DNA from: Girardia tigrina
Lineage: Eukaryota
Direction of reading: 5' to 3'
Length of the DNA stretch: 64,000 bases
Assembly (NCBI GenBank): GCA_001938485.1
Contig: MQRK01236006.1
Coordinates: 17,797 to 81,796 of the forward strand
Shown here: positions 12,101 through 24,193 of the stretch, piece by piece
Layout: each line of letters opens with the position of its first letter
Numbering within the stretch: position 1 is the stretch's first letter
Program-made: the position numbers and the translations under genes
Notes under the pieces: generated by a model
The model's database searches: none
Told to the model about the DNA's origin: nothing
What the model saw: only the letters and a program-made list of their open reading frames with translations

Positions 12101-13130
12101 TAATAATTCCCTTTAGAAATACATCAGTGCCTCAAGCCTACATGCAGACACACCACATAACAGTGCCACAAGTTGAAAAAATGGACATATCGATTACATT
12201 GAACAGACATGAGCGATACATACATCTAGGGAATATATCACATACCCCTATTGATACTGACCCAGGTGGGGGGCCAATCGTCTATCCCATCTTGAACCGA
12301 ACCCGAAGGCCCTTCAAGCTCGGCACTGCCAGTCAGATGTCGAGTAAGAAGAGGCGTCCGACCCTATTACTGACGAATCTCCTGAAAGAATAAACAACTT
12401 CTTAAAATAACATTGGGTTGTGGTTGACCCTTAACAATCACTGGGGGCTCTTGAGCTATCATAAATGTTTGCACTCGAGAGGGTCATGGCAAAAGCTTGG
12501 TGCTTGGGTCCCACACGAACTCACCCAAAAACAGAAGGATAAGCGGCTTTCCATTGCTGCTCAAAATCTCGCTCAACACCAAGGAACCCATGACCACAGG
12601 CAACGTTTCTTATACAGAATCGTCACTGGAGACGAGAAATGGTGTCTCTATGTGAATATGAAGCAAAGGAAAGAGTGGGTGAGTCCTGGAGAGAAGCCTA
12701 AGCCCAGGATCAAGAAAGACCTGCAACCGATGAAGAAAATGATTTGCGTATGGTGGGATTGGGAAATGCTTGGAAAGAACATGACAGTAGAAAAACATCT
12801 CTATAAAGCCCAATGAGGCAATTCAACAAAAGACCATTCAACAAGGCCAGGTGATCCTCCGCCATGACAATGCTCGACCACACACCGCAAAAACCGTCAA
12901 GATGGCACTCCAAGAGCTCGGTTGGGAGGTCCTTCAACATCCTCCCTACTCCTCAGACCTCGCCCCGACGGATTACCCTCTCTTCCGCTGCCTTTCAGAT
13001 GAAATGAGGGGTCTTAGCTTCGAAAATCAGGATCATCTTGAGAATTGGCTCAACAACTTCTTCGAGACTCGACCTAAGGATTTCTGGCGAAATGGAATCA
13101 ACAAACTGGTGGAAAGATGAGAAGAAATGA
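9163..13130 (+). mobile_element. Mariner transposon pseudogene split by a 2.83-kb insertion
   Basis: Left TIR TA|TTGGGCTGTTGCATAAGTTCCCG; N-half 9333-9661 (HFRHLLFAFN, ARDWFSRFK, SGRP); C-half 12492-13120 (KLGAWVPHELT, TGDEKWCLY, HDNARPH, PPYSSDLAPTDY); right TIR not found. Confidence 0.92.
9662..12491. mobile_element. 2.83-kb TG...CA insertion with 4-bp TSD (large solo-LTR-like)
   Basis: TSD AAAG at 9658-9661 and 12492-12495; removing the insert and one TSD restores mariner ...FTQK|LGAWVPHEL; no gag, pol or transposase motifs inside. Confidence 0.8.
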
Positions 13131-13939
13131 ACAATCAATTGATAGCTAAAAGTTCAATTCCAAAAGTGCCAAAAATGACCCTCAAGGAATATATAGTTTT
13201 ACGTGCACCAAAAGTCTATTCAAATAACCTCAACAAGCTGCCGCTCAAATGGCAAGTGTGTTGATACTTTGATGAATGACATAAATATTTGTATTGGCGA
13301 ATTATCAATAAACATTGACTTTAGTTTCATAAAGTTCATACTTGACGACCTAATATTATACTGGAAAATAATAGAAATCACCCAAAAGAAGAATAGTTTA
13401 AAGAATAGTATATCTTAAATTTTATAAATATGCAAAATTCTATCTGTTATGAAAAATTAATTTAAGATTTAATATTAAAAACTACTTAAAAGTAACATAT
13501 AACGACTGAAAACTTATGTTATATACAATTATAAATAATAATTTAAAAACATGCAATCATATTATTATAAAAATAATTTTTAAGTGTGAAAATATTTCCC
13601 TAACGCGTGAAATTCAGCTCAGACATTTAATATTCAACTAAATATTAAATATTTAAATTTTCTATAACCGTTAAGTTGCTATTATCAAAAAATATAAATA
13701 AATTTATATTTAATCAATAGCGATAAATATTTATTATAATTTAATATTGAGAAAAATCTAAGCAGGTCATTCGGAGACAGCTCAATTTCCGGATTTCATT
13801 TGGTATAAAGAAAGCGAAATTTTAATAAAAAATAATTTAGATATATAATAGTTTTTAAATTTTATCGCGATTTTTTAAAGTAAAAATATTTTATAAAAAT
13901 TCTAAATTTTTTGGACATTATTTTTTGTATTTATTTCTA

Positions 13940-15316
13940 TTAGGTTGAGGAATAAGTTCCCTCCGTTTTTTGAATTTTTAATCAATTTTTAATCAATTTA
14001 ATATTTAAATCAAATTTTTTGATGTAATGTTATATGTTATTTGAAAGCTATTGTTTTGCTCTAAAAATTGGTGCATTTTGTTTTTTTATTCAGATTAATT
14101 TTTGTCGATTTTTAGACCATTGAAATGGAGAGTCAAGTCGACAAAAATGAGCATTTCCGACACCATCTATTGTATGCGTATAATCGAGGCGCCAAAGCCG
14201 CAGACGCTGCCCGAGAGTTTTGTGTTGTATACGGAGAAGGTACTATAGCCAATAGAACCGCTCGTGATTGGTTCTCAAAATTTAAAATTGGCAATTTTGA
14301 CCTCAAGGATGCACCTCGTTCAGGATTAAAAATAAAGAATGAATTCGATGAAGAGCGTTTGAACAAACTTTTGCATGAAGACGGGTGTCAAACCACTCGA
14401 GAATTGGCGGAACAAATGGATTGTGATCAAAAAACTGTGGTGAACCACCTGAAATCAATAGGAAAAGTTCAAAAAATGGGAGCATGGGTCCCACATCTTT
14501 TGACCGAAAACAACAAAAACCAGTGATCCACAATTTCGGCGAGTTTGTTTGCCCGTCATCGCTCTACTCACAGTCATAAGCAACAATTTCTTTATCAAAT
14601 TGTAACGGGTGATGAAAAATGGTGCCTGTACGTCAACATGAAACAGCGCAAAGAATGGCGTAGCCGAGAAAAACAATCGACACCGCGAGCAAAACAGGAT
14701 TTTCATCCACGAAAGACAATGCTATGCATTTGGTGGGGTTGGGAAGGGATTATTCATTATGAATTGCTTCCTCGAAACCAAACAGTGAACGCAGAACTTT
14801 ATGTTCAACAGCTGCATAGACTCAACGCCNNNNNNNNNNNNNNNNNNNNNNNNNNNNNNNNNNNNNNNNNNNNNNNNNNNNNNNNNNNNNNNNNNNNNNN
14901 NNNNNNNNNNNNNNNNNNNNNNNNNNNNNNNNNNNNNNNNNNNNNNNNNNNNNNNNNNNNNNNNNNNNNNNNNNNNNNNNNNNNNNNNNNNNNNNNNNNN
15001 NNNNNNNNNNNNNNNNNNNNNNNNNNNNNNNNNNNNNNNNNNNNNNNNNNNNNNNNNNNNNNNNNNNNNNNNNNNNNNNNNNNNNNNNNNNNNNNNNNNN
15101 NNNNNNNNNNNNNNNNNNNNNNNNNNNNNNNNNNNNNNNNNNNNNNNNNNNNNNNNNNNNNNNNNNNNNNNNNNNNNNNNNNNNNNNNNNNNNNNNNNNG
15201 AAGAAGTCGTGAACAATGGCGGAGATTATATTTGTGATTAATTTGTAGTAACTTTTTTGTTAAAAAATAAAATTTTAATTTTTCAATAAACGGCGGGAAC
15301 TTATTCCTCAACCCAA
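13940..15316 (+). mobile_element. Full-length mariner (D,D34D type), transposase 14125-15241 with premature stop; spans an N-gap
   Basis: TIRs TTAGGTTGAGGAATAAGTTCCC / GGGAACTTATTCCTCAACCCAA with TA TSDs; WVPHLL and TGDEKWCLY motifs; in-frame TGA at 14524-14526. Confidence 0.95.
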
Positions 15317-16060
15317 TATAATACATAAATACAAGGAGATAAGTTATTTCGGTAAATTTGGTTCTAATTGTAATTCTAAGAAATTAAATTATTTAAAAGA
15401 AAATATTAAATAACAAATAATAATAAAAATAATTATTTCAAATTAATTCTAGCTATAAATATATGATTGAGGATTTATTCACAAAAATCGAATTTTATAA
15501 AATAAATTTAACCTCAATGTTCAAAAGTCAATTATTCTTAATTTATTTTGAAAATTTAATTAAACTAAATTAATCTGAGAAATTTAAATAAATTAAAATA
15601 CAAAATATTAAACGAGACTTAAGTTTCGTTTTTACAAGGACAGTTTATTTTTCAATTAATTTCTAACTTTTTAAATATTGTTTTCAAAATAACGTCTCTC
15701 CGGAAAACCTAGCTAAATTATAAATTTAGAGAGAAATAAAGTTTTCAATTTTCAATAAATAAAAATCATATTTTTTATAATTTTTATTATTATTCTGTTT
15801 TTAGAATTGTCTCATAATTATTTTTATGGAGGGCTTTTTCGTAAAATTCACAAAATAATCACTTTTTTCTCATGACTTTTTCAGAAGTATAGTTTTCCAG
15901 AACCCGATAGCAATGTGTGGATGAAAAATAGAAAAAAAATCCTACAGTTTTAGAGTTTGAGAATATATATTACAATTTTTAAATAATTGAGAAAAAACAA
16001 AATAAAATTTTTTTGAAGAAAGGAAACTCAATGGTTGAAGCTGCTCTTATCCATCTAAAT

Positions 16061-16347
16061 CAGTGGTTCTCAACCTTTATCGTGCCACGATCCTATGTTG
16101 TAGCGACCCAAACTGAAAAAAATATTGGTGTCAATTGGCCTAAGTAACTATACTATTTCAACTCAGAACTGTGATCAATTGTTATGTAAATTTCTGATAA
16201 GCGGAACAGATTTTTACAATAGCATACTATACAGTTGACACATTAGGATACAAACAAAAACACTTTTTTTTCAATGGTCTTGGACGACCCTGGCGAATTG
16301 TCATTCGACCCTAGACGGGATCGCAAACCCCAGGTTTGGAATTGCTG
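16061..16347. mobile_element. hAT-type MITE (Charlie/MER-like ends)
   Basis: CAGTGGTTCTCAACCT...AGGTTTGGAATTGCTG; near 8-bp TSD ATCTAAAT/ATATAAGT. Confidence 0.65.
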
Positions 16348-16764
16348 ATATAAGTGACGATTATTGCTTTCGATTTGGTAATTTAAATCCAATAGTACTT
16401 CTGACAAAGGTATTCATGACAAGAATCTTTGTGCAAAATAAAAAGACTTTTTTCATAACATAAATAAAATGTTTCTTCCAGTAATAAAAAATAATTAAAA
16501 AAAGACATTTTTTTTAATATTTTGCAAGTGTTATATTAATATTTATTTCTTGAAAATAAAAATTCATTTTTAATATGATTTAAATTTTTAGTTTATAAGA
16601 TACTTCAATAGTGTTCTTCGAAAATTTTGGTACTGCCAATCTTCCTAAGTAAAACAAAACCTGGCATCACTTCTGCACTTATTATCGTCTGCAGAAAAAA
16701 TCCATAGGGTGGCAAATATTCAAACCCTAAATTAACAAATATTTCTTTTTAGAAAAATATGGTA

Positions 16765-17155
16765 TGTGAGGAATTTTTTGAATTATTTATTGTTTTATTT
16801 TGTGAATGTTGTAAGTCGATTCGGATTATGTCTATCCTAACCAGATGACTGATTGGAATTTTCTTCGATTCCTACTAATTAAAAATAAATTAATTTTAAA
16901 GTAAAAAGATTTAAATTATTTTCGAATGTAATATTTAATTTTTAATGTAATTTATAATTTAATATACTAATTTGATTGGTACTTTTTATAAAATGTTTAG
17001 ATTTAATTTTAACCAATTAGAATCTTTGTAATTAATAATTATTTATAAAACTTTTTCATTTATTGTAAAATTAGTATGAATTTAAAAATATATTAATCAA
17101 GAAAAATATTGAATAGCGAAAGCCTTTTGAATAATTGTTGCCATAACAATTCTGG
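16765..17155. repeat. TGTGAGGAAT-type LTR-like repeat
   Basis: Colinear with the reverse complement of 50615-51024 over ~390 bp. Confidence 0.65.
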
Positions 17156-17856
17156 TTGTGATCTGTATCTCGTAGATGTCAAGTGCTCATATGACACACA
17201 GAAAAATATAGAAAACAGCAATACCAAGAATTTGGATCACTACGAGTCCTTGGCTATTGCTTGTAGAAATGTCATACCGAATACAACTGTACTGCACCAC
17301 ACTCTCCAGGTAGGGTGTATCGGAACTTGACCAAAGCGCAGTACAAGTATTCTGACAAATCTAAACACCCCGCCAAAGACTATTAGAAACATTGTGATAG
17401 CGTGCTTGATATCCAATGTCAAATATTCTTCGGCACAATTGGCATTTTATAGAGATGGAAGATGCCCATGAATCCGCAGACTTAATCGGATAGAGATGAG
17501 AGAGGAGGATGTACCCATGGACTCCATACTGACCATGGAAGAACCAGACAGCATGGATGAGTCAAAAATGGAAACAGGTGCAGAAGATTTCGATCCGGTA
17601 GTCCTCGATGAGTCTCAAGTCATATGTACATAGAATTGAGCAACTTGTCGATGAGGACAAGTATCCATCCTCTAATGAAGAAACATCAGAAGATGAGGAA
17701 TAAGGATATAAGGTATAAAGGGGGCGGAAACGATCACCCAATCTAGTAGTGCCGGGAAAGGCCGCTCGAAAAGAACCCCGGTAAAAACCATGGCATGGCT
17801 CACCAGCCGTCCGAATTAATATTGGACGGAACGGGTACTTTTGTCCACTGATTAAA
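17156..17856 (+). mobile_element. 3' end of an RLE-bearing non-LTR retrotransposon (R2/NeSL/CRE-like group)
   Basis: LYLVDVKCSYD...KNLDHYESLA...LQVGCIGT*(W) resembles the restriction-like endonuclease D-x-K...KxxxY...VGxxGxW motifs; followed by a GC-richer 3' region with a terminal hairpin (CCGTCCGA...TTGGACGG) and ATTAAAAA. Confidence 0.6.
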
Positions 17857-18149
17857 AATGTTTAAAAAATCAAACTGATGTTGTTAATATGGTACAACAT
17901 AGACATATAAAAAATAAAACAAAGTTAATTTATAAGTAATAAATTTCAACTAATGAATATAGAATATATATTTATCATGCATTACAATGTATTATTACAA
18001 TTTATCATTCATAATTCTAAAACAAACAGTGCAATCGTCTTTTATCACTGCTAAATTTCTTTATTATATTTTCCATTAACTTTATTTTGTTTTATTTGTT
18101 TTTTCCTGAATTTTAATTCAGTGTGCGCTCATCATACATAAACCGGATA

Positions 18150-19350
18150 ATCATAATTCTGATATTGTAGCTCTCAATCATGTTTCAACATGTCTTATTG
18201 GGTTAAACTTTCGATTGATTAAAAAAGTCGTCACTCGTAAAGACTAAGCGATTTTAATAATTGTTTTGACTGATTGAAAATGGTCACAATGTTCAAGAAC
18301 GTCTTCTAAAGTTAATCCCCATTTGTTGTACCATGTTATATTTGGTATATTTTTTATATATTTTTATATTTTTTTATATGTTATATTTGTGCATCAAGTT
18401 TTTACGTTATCTAAAATGTCGTTTTATCTAATTTAAACTACATTTAGGATGAAATCGAAAAATATAAATTATGGTTTGATTATCTTTTGAAAATCTTGAC
18501 GTTAAAGAACATAATAAAGAATCCAAATATGGTAAAAACATTGATTGTCGAAAGTATATGTGAGGAGTGTTTCCAATACAATTAATTCAATATATTTACT
18601 TGGAACTACGTCTGAGTATTTCAATATTGATGAAAAAGTTTGCAGCCAAATTAAAACTTTTCAACGGAGTTTTCTCAATGCAATAAATCCTTAAAATGTT
18701 GATGAGCTGTCTCTAAATCTAACTTATGCAACTAACTAGTTACAAAATAGTTAATTATTTAGTAATTAATTTTAAACAAACGAGGAACATTTCATTACTA
18801 TTAACTGTTAATAACTGATTAACGTTTTGAATTTTTGAACCTGTGTAATTTTTTCACATATCCTCCAGTTTATTAAAGATAAGCACAAAATGTTTTGAGA
18901 AAATTCTTAATCTTTAATATTTTGACTTTCATCTTGTTTCTAAAATAAGAGACGTTATGGGAACAGTAGCTCTAAGTTTTGATCTATTTCTAAGAAATAC
19001 TATTATCGATTTTACGACTCAAACGTTTTGACGGACTTCTGCAACAATATTCAACTCATGAACTCCTAGATTTAATCTGTGAGACGCACAGTATACATAA
19101 ATAGCATTTGAATATTTATTTTCATTTGTGAACATCAGCTTCCTTTCCTGCGATTTTTTCCTGTAAATTTTTTAAAACCTTCTACGTCTTGTATTTTAAA
19201 ACAATTAATGATAAAACCTTGAATTTAAAAATTATATCGAAATCTCACAAAATTCAAAGTACGCTTAGTAAAAACGTCCTATGAGTTTTTGCTCCAATCT
19301 TGTTTATCAATTTTCCTTTAAAGAGTGTAATGATAAGACATATAGAGGTT
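18150..19350 (-). mobile_element. Highly degenerate hAT transposase remnant
   Basis: Minus strand near 19070-19120 reads NKYSNAIYVYCASHRLNLG (hAT CxxH motif), followed by ETR*(W); boundaries approximate. Confidence 0.55.
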
Positions 19351-19543
19351 TGTCTGCTGGATATGGCTATAAATGGTTTTAAAATACTGTACAGTAATTT
19401 TAGAAATTATTAACAAGGGTCTCTTGTGAGTCATTATTGATCAAATAACGCCATTCATCAATTAATGTTCAAAGAAGCCTCTCATCCATTTTGTTGAAAA
19501 TATTTAATTAGCTATTTCATAAGTTGATTGTGTTATTTATATA

Positions 19544-20950
19544 CATGGTGGCCCAATAGGTACGCATGTGCTAGGTTTTACATATTCAGAATCTACTCAT
19601 CAAGACGAACATATTGGTATATAACACGTGGCTTCTAAAAGTCTCGCATCATTGCGTATTTATTTGTCAAATTCTGTAACTTCAAATTTCGTAATAAAAT
19701 TTGTCTCATTTTGTATATCTTTTTATGCTGATTAAGAATATATGATTTATTTTGCAATATCTTTTATCGTTATCAAGTTATTAAAAAATAATTTTTTTTA
19801 AATTCAAAATGTTTATTTAATTAATTAAAGATTATTAAAAAGATAAAATAAAATACATTTTCGATAAACGATGTTTTCGAAACGTTCTTCACCTACTGTT
19901 ATAACGTGTTGAAGACGGTATTCAAAATTTCCAATATTTTTCGCAATTATTTCTTGATCAATATTTCTAACCTCGCGTTCTATGGCCTATTTAAGTTTGT
20001 CCAATTATACTGGTTCACTGTGATAAATTTTATCTTTCAAATATCCCCAGAGAAAATAATCCCATGGATTCAAATCCGGCGAGTAAGGCGGCTAATCAAA
20101 TTCTTTTTCTGCCTTTACTTCTGAGTCCAAACCAATTATTCGATCATCGAAATGTTCTGAAAGTAATTAGAAGATATCTTGAGTGCGAATAGGTCTAGCT
20201 CAATCTTGCATGAACCAAAAATTGTTGAGTTGATTCGATAGAACTATATAAGGAATGATGTGTTCTTTTGTTCAATGAATATTGGTCCAATATTCCTTCT
20301 CAGGAAATGGCACACCAAACTGTCAATCTTTTAGGATGAAGTGGTTTAACTATCAATGATGAGGACTTTCTGTGACCAAAAATCATCAATTTTGTTTGTT
20401 TACATATCTTTGAAGGTGGAAATTCGCATCGTTCGAGAACCATATATTATTAAAATCGATTTCTCATTATCTTTCAAGGACATCATCCGGTTTGTAAATT
20501 CCAAACGCTGACTACCTGCTCGTTCACTTATGAGTTGATTAATTTGAATCTTGTATGGTACAAGCCAATGTCCGTCTTCATAATGTGCTGTTGAGAAGTT
20601 CTTTTAATGTTCAAAGCACGAGATGCTTGCATTCACTTGATTCAGGATGTTCTTGAAAGTAATTTTGCACTTTTTCGATATTTTCTTCGGTTTTCACTGT
20701 TTTTTTTTCTTTTTTTCATTTCTTCAATGTTGTCGAGAAATGTTGCAGTCTTCGAATTTATAGTAAGCATGTTTAACAGATGAAGGATTGATTTCGTAGT
20801 GAGATCCAATTTTTTTCTAAATTCTTTTACCACTTCCGATGCAGATTTTAGTTCGTTATATTTCAGAACCATGAATAAACGATGCTTGACACTATATTTA
20901 CTCATTTTAATTTGCTAAAATAGAAAAATTCCCTTTTAAAATTAAATAAT
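19544..20950 (-). mobile_element. Tc1/mariner-superfamily element with DUF4817-like N-terminal HTH, pseudogene
   Basis: MSKYSVKHRLFMVLKY... (20905); WFSNDANFHLQRYVNKQN; HPKRLTVWCAIS; WFMQD; YSPDLNPWDYFLWGYLKDKIY; TA|CATGGTGGCCCA end at 19544. Confidence 0.8.
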
Positions 20951-22524
20951 ATACAATAATTGATGAAAATCTAAAGAAAAAGGGACTTTAACAGTTTGAG
21001 AACAAACTAGGTAGTGAGAGGAGACAAGGAAGTTACAATAGAAAAACATGATTTTCATCAGTATAATGATTTTATATATATGTTTCAATTAATGAATTTT
21101 TCGAACACATATGACGTTTTTGATTACCATATTATTTTGCTTAGTATTTTTGTACATATTCTGATGTGTTTTTATTTAAAACATGCTTAAAATATACAAA
21201 ATCAAAACTATGAAAACAAGAATCATAAGATAAATAATAATCATACATAGTTTCGATCTTTCATTGAATTTAATGTCTCAAATTTTTATTTTATTGAATG
21301 TTTAGGTACATAATTGAATATATCTCATCCTTAGATAAATTTACATTACTCAAATTCATAACAGTATTAACATCAAATTTAATAACTTCAAATGATTTTC
21401 TTAAAACATAAAACTTACTTCTATTTTTGTAATGTAACCAATAATAATAAATCTTATTCGATCGACTCATTTGCGAGTGCTCACTAGTCCCGGTTTTGAG
21501 ATGACGATTTTTCTTTCCAATGTACGAGGTCTAACGCCCGTGATTAAAATTATTAATCAGATTAGCTTGCAATCCACAAATCATTTTGATTTATTCCAGA
21601 GGAAGCTTTGAACTTTGAATATCATTGAAAACACTTTGCCCACTACATATATTCTATTTCTTTCTGTAAATTGTATAAAAATCTAATATTAATTTTAATT
21701 ACCTCTTCATTTAAATAATCTTTTTTTCAATATTTATCTGAAAAAAAACTTGTTCTGAAGTATCTATTAGTAAAAAACAATTACAATACAAACTCTGATA
21801 GCCAATTTGTACTTAATAATTTTCTTTAAATTATTGCGAAGGATAAAAGGATATTTGATAAAAAAAGAAATAATTTTTAAATTAAATCATAGTCACTAAA
21901 ACTATTTTATTTTTAAAGTTATTTAAAACTGTTTAAAAAATAAGTGGTCGTGACTTTATTTATATTTTCCTGCTACCAAATCAAGTGCTCTAAGTTTTAA
22001 ATATCCAGACATATTATGTTATTATCCGAATAAAGACAGATAATTAATATTCTTTTCAAACTAATAATAAATAAGACCTTTAATAATTAAAATCTAAAAA
22101 ATTGATTTTCATATCAAAAAAGATTTTAAAAAAATATTTAGAAATTATCATAAATAATTAAAATCGGAGGGGAAAAAAGAAACTATTCCTTGTCAATTTA
22201 AATACCCTCTTCACTCCGTCGCACTTTCCATCTGTCGCTCGTTTTAATCTTAATATTTCATTTACACCTCAATGGAGATTTGTTTTCTTCTTTTGGGAAA
22301 AAAAACTAATTTCTTGAAGAAAATCTTGTAAAAATTTCAGAAAATCATACACAACATGAAATTTGATCACAAATAAATAAGGGAAAAAAACTATTTTTAG
22401 TTATAAAATAACCAATGAAATCCATTGATAATTGTAGGTATAGATTGGATTCCAGTGGCAATGAATTCTTACTATTACTATTAATGATATAAATTTGTTC
22501 CTTGTCCTTCCTTTTGATTCTTCA

Positions 22525-23034
22525 ATGATCCCTTTCAGCTGGAATGACATCAATAACCAAACCGAAACGGCGTTCTTTACGCCCATCGATTTCATTGAAC
22601 CGAAAAGTGAATTCACCGACCGAAACAAGTCTTTTGTCAATTTTAAATCCTATGGTGGAGAAATAATTCATGATGAACGAGTGTCCGGACGAACGAGATT
22701 TATTCATTGTTCCGCTTTAATTGGTTGTATTTCCGGTTTGACATTTGTTGTTGCAGCTGGAATGTGCTTTTATATTTTCTGTGGAACGTATTCCGTTTCT
22801 AAAGAAATTTTACTCAGTTCAAAAAACGATAAATTACGTTATCCACATATTCCTTTTCAATTGAACTATCGTATTCTCTATGCAGGGATTGTGCTTATTT
22901 CTGTGGGTTTGATTCTCTTGGGGTTCGGTTTGATGATGTGTTGTTGTGGAGAGATGGCGACAAACCACTTTTTGATTTGCCAACGGTCGATCAATGTCAA
23001 ATGTTCTTGTAAAAAGTTTTGCAATGATTTTTAA
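22525..23034 (+). CDS. Putative host small membrane protein (169 aa, two TM helices, Cys-rich C-tail); possibly a terminal exon
   Basis: Uninterrupted ATG-initiated ORF in non-repetitive, GC-richer sequence; hydrophobic segments ALIGCISGLTFVVAAGMCFYIFC and ILYAGIVLISVGLILLGFGLMMCCC; no TE motifs. Confidence 0.6.
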   Translation: MIPFSWNDINNQTETAFFTPIDFIEPKSEFTDRNKSFVNFKSYGGEIIHDERVSGRTRFIHCSALIGCISGLTFVVAAGMCFYIFCGTYSVSKEILLSSKNDKLRYPHIPFQLNYRILYAGIVLISVGLILLGFGLMMCCCGEMATNHFLICQRSINVKCSCKKFCNDF

Positions 23035-23409
23035 AGGAGTTCGTTTTTTTCTGGAAAAGAATATCATAATTTTTTTCATGCGAAAATTGTAAATAAGAAG
23101 CGATAAGATTAATCAGAAAAACGAGTCGAGTTTGGTTTTATTTTTTGTCTTGTCACTTGAAAATAATTGAGTCAGAAAATGTCACTGTTTTTTTTAGTTT
23201 TTTTTTCTAGTAAATATTTAATTACTCAATATTTTTTTATTATTTATTTAAAAAAATATTTTTCTGAAAAATATCAATTGACAAGATTTCATTATTTTTA
23301 CGAAAAAATATAATAAAAATGAATATGGGGTTTTTTATAGTTTTTGTAAGATATATTTAATATTTTACATAAATATTTTATAAAGAATATTTACAAAACA
23401 AAGGATTTA

Positions 23410-23418
<9 letters not shown>

Positions 23419-23455
<37 letters not shown>
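23419..23455. repeat. (TA)n microsatellite abutting a PLE end
   Basis: Direct reading. Confidence 0.95.
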
Positions 23456-23457
<2 letters not shown>

Positions 23458-23488
23458 AAAAACGCCATTTTAAATGTTTTTTATTTCT

Positions 23489-23523
23489 CAAAACATGTTT
23501 CGCCATTACGGCATCATCAGTTG
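23489..23523 (-). ncRNA. Minimal hammerhead ribozyme
   Basis: Reverse complement CAA-CTGATGA-T-GCC(GTAAT)GGC-GAAA-CATG-TT-TTG. Confidence 0.82.
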
Positions 23524-23725
23524 TGAAGTAAATTTCAAATTACAAGTCATTTATATGGCACATTGACTATTACACAATTAATCTTTTTTTAAAAAAAATA
23601 AAGCATAAAGCATTTAAAACCATGCTTAAATGTTCAAAGTGAATTATCCAATCATATCTTTTAAAAATCATTTATTATTAATTAAAAAAAGATTAATTAC
23701 GTAATAGTCAATGTGCCATATAAAT

Positions 23726-24128
23726 TGTGAGAAGTGGTTGCAACGTCTATATCAGAATTCATTTTTTTAAACACCAAAATTTATTTATATAACAATTCAC
23801 ATCTTTAAAACAAATTTTTCTGTTAATTTAATTTAATTATCTCGACCCAAATTAATCTATTAAANNNNNNNNNNNNNNNNNNNNNNNNNNNNNNNNNNNN
23901 NNNNNNNNNNNNNNTTATATCATTTTTAATTTTTTAAAATATTTAAAAACACATTAAAAAATATTTTATTTTTAAAAACGTTTTTGATTTTTTAATAGTT
24001 GCTTTATTATATCATTTTTAATTTTAAAATATTTAATAAGCATATTAACATAAAAATATTTTACTCTTTAAATTAAAAAAAATAATAAACTATTCAGGCG
24101 AGATAAAAATTTAAATTAACCCCTCATA
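23726..24128. mobile_element. LTR-like repeat family A, copy 2 (opposite orientation, contains a gap)
   Basis: TGTGAGAAGTGG...AACCCCTCATA; TSD TAAAT/TACAT (1 mismatch). Confidence 0.75.
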
Positions 24129-24158
24129 TACATGACTTGTAATTTGAAATTTACTTCA

Positions 24159-24193
24159 CAACTGATGATGCCGTAATGGCGAAACATGTTTTG
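24159..24193 (+). ncRNA. Minimal hammerhead ribozyme
   Basis: CAA-CTGATGA-T-GCC(GTAAT)GGC-GAAA-CATG-TT-TTG, identical to the inverted copy at 23489. Confidence 0.82.

Noticed and set aside
14801-15326. Long ORFs rich in X (also 43909-44619 and 60750-61391)
   Set aside because: Artefacts of translating N-gaps
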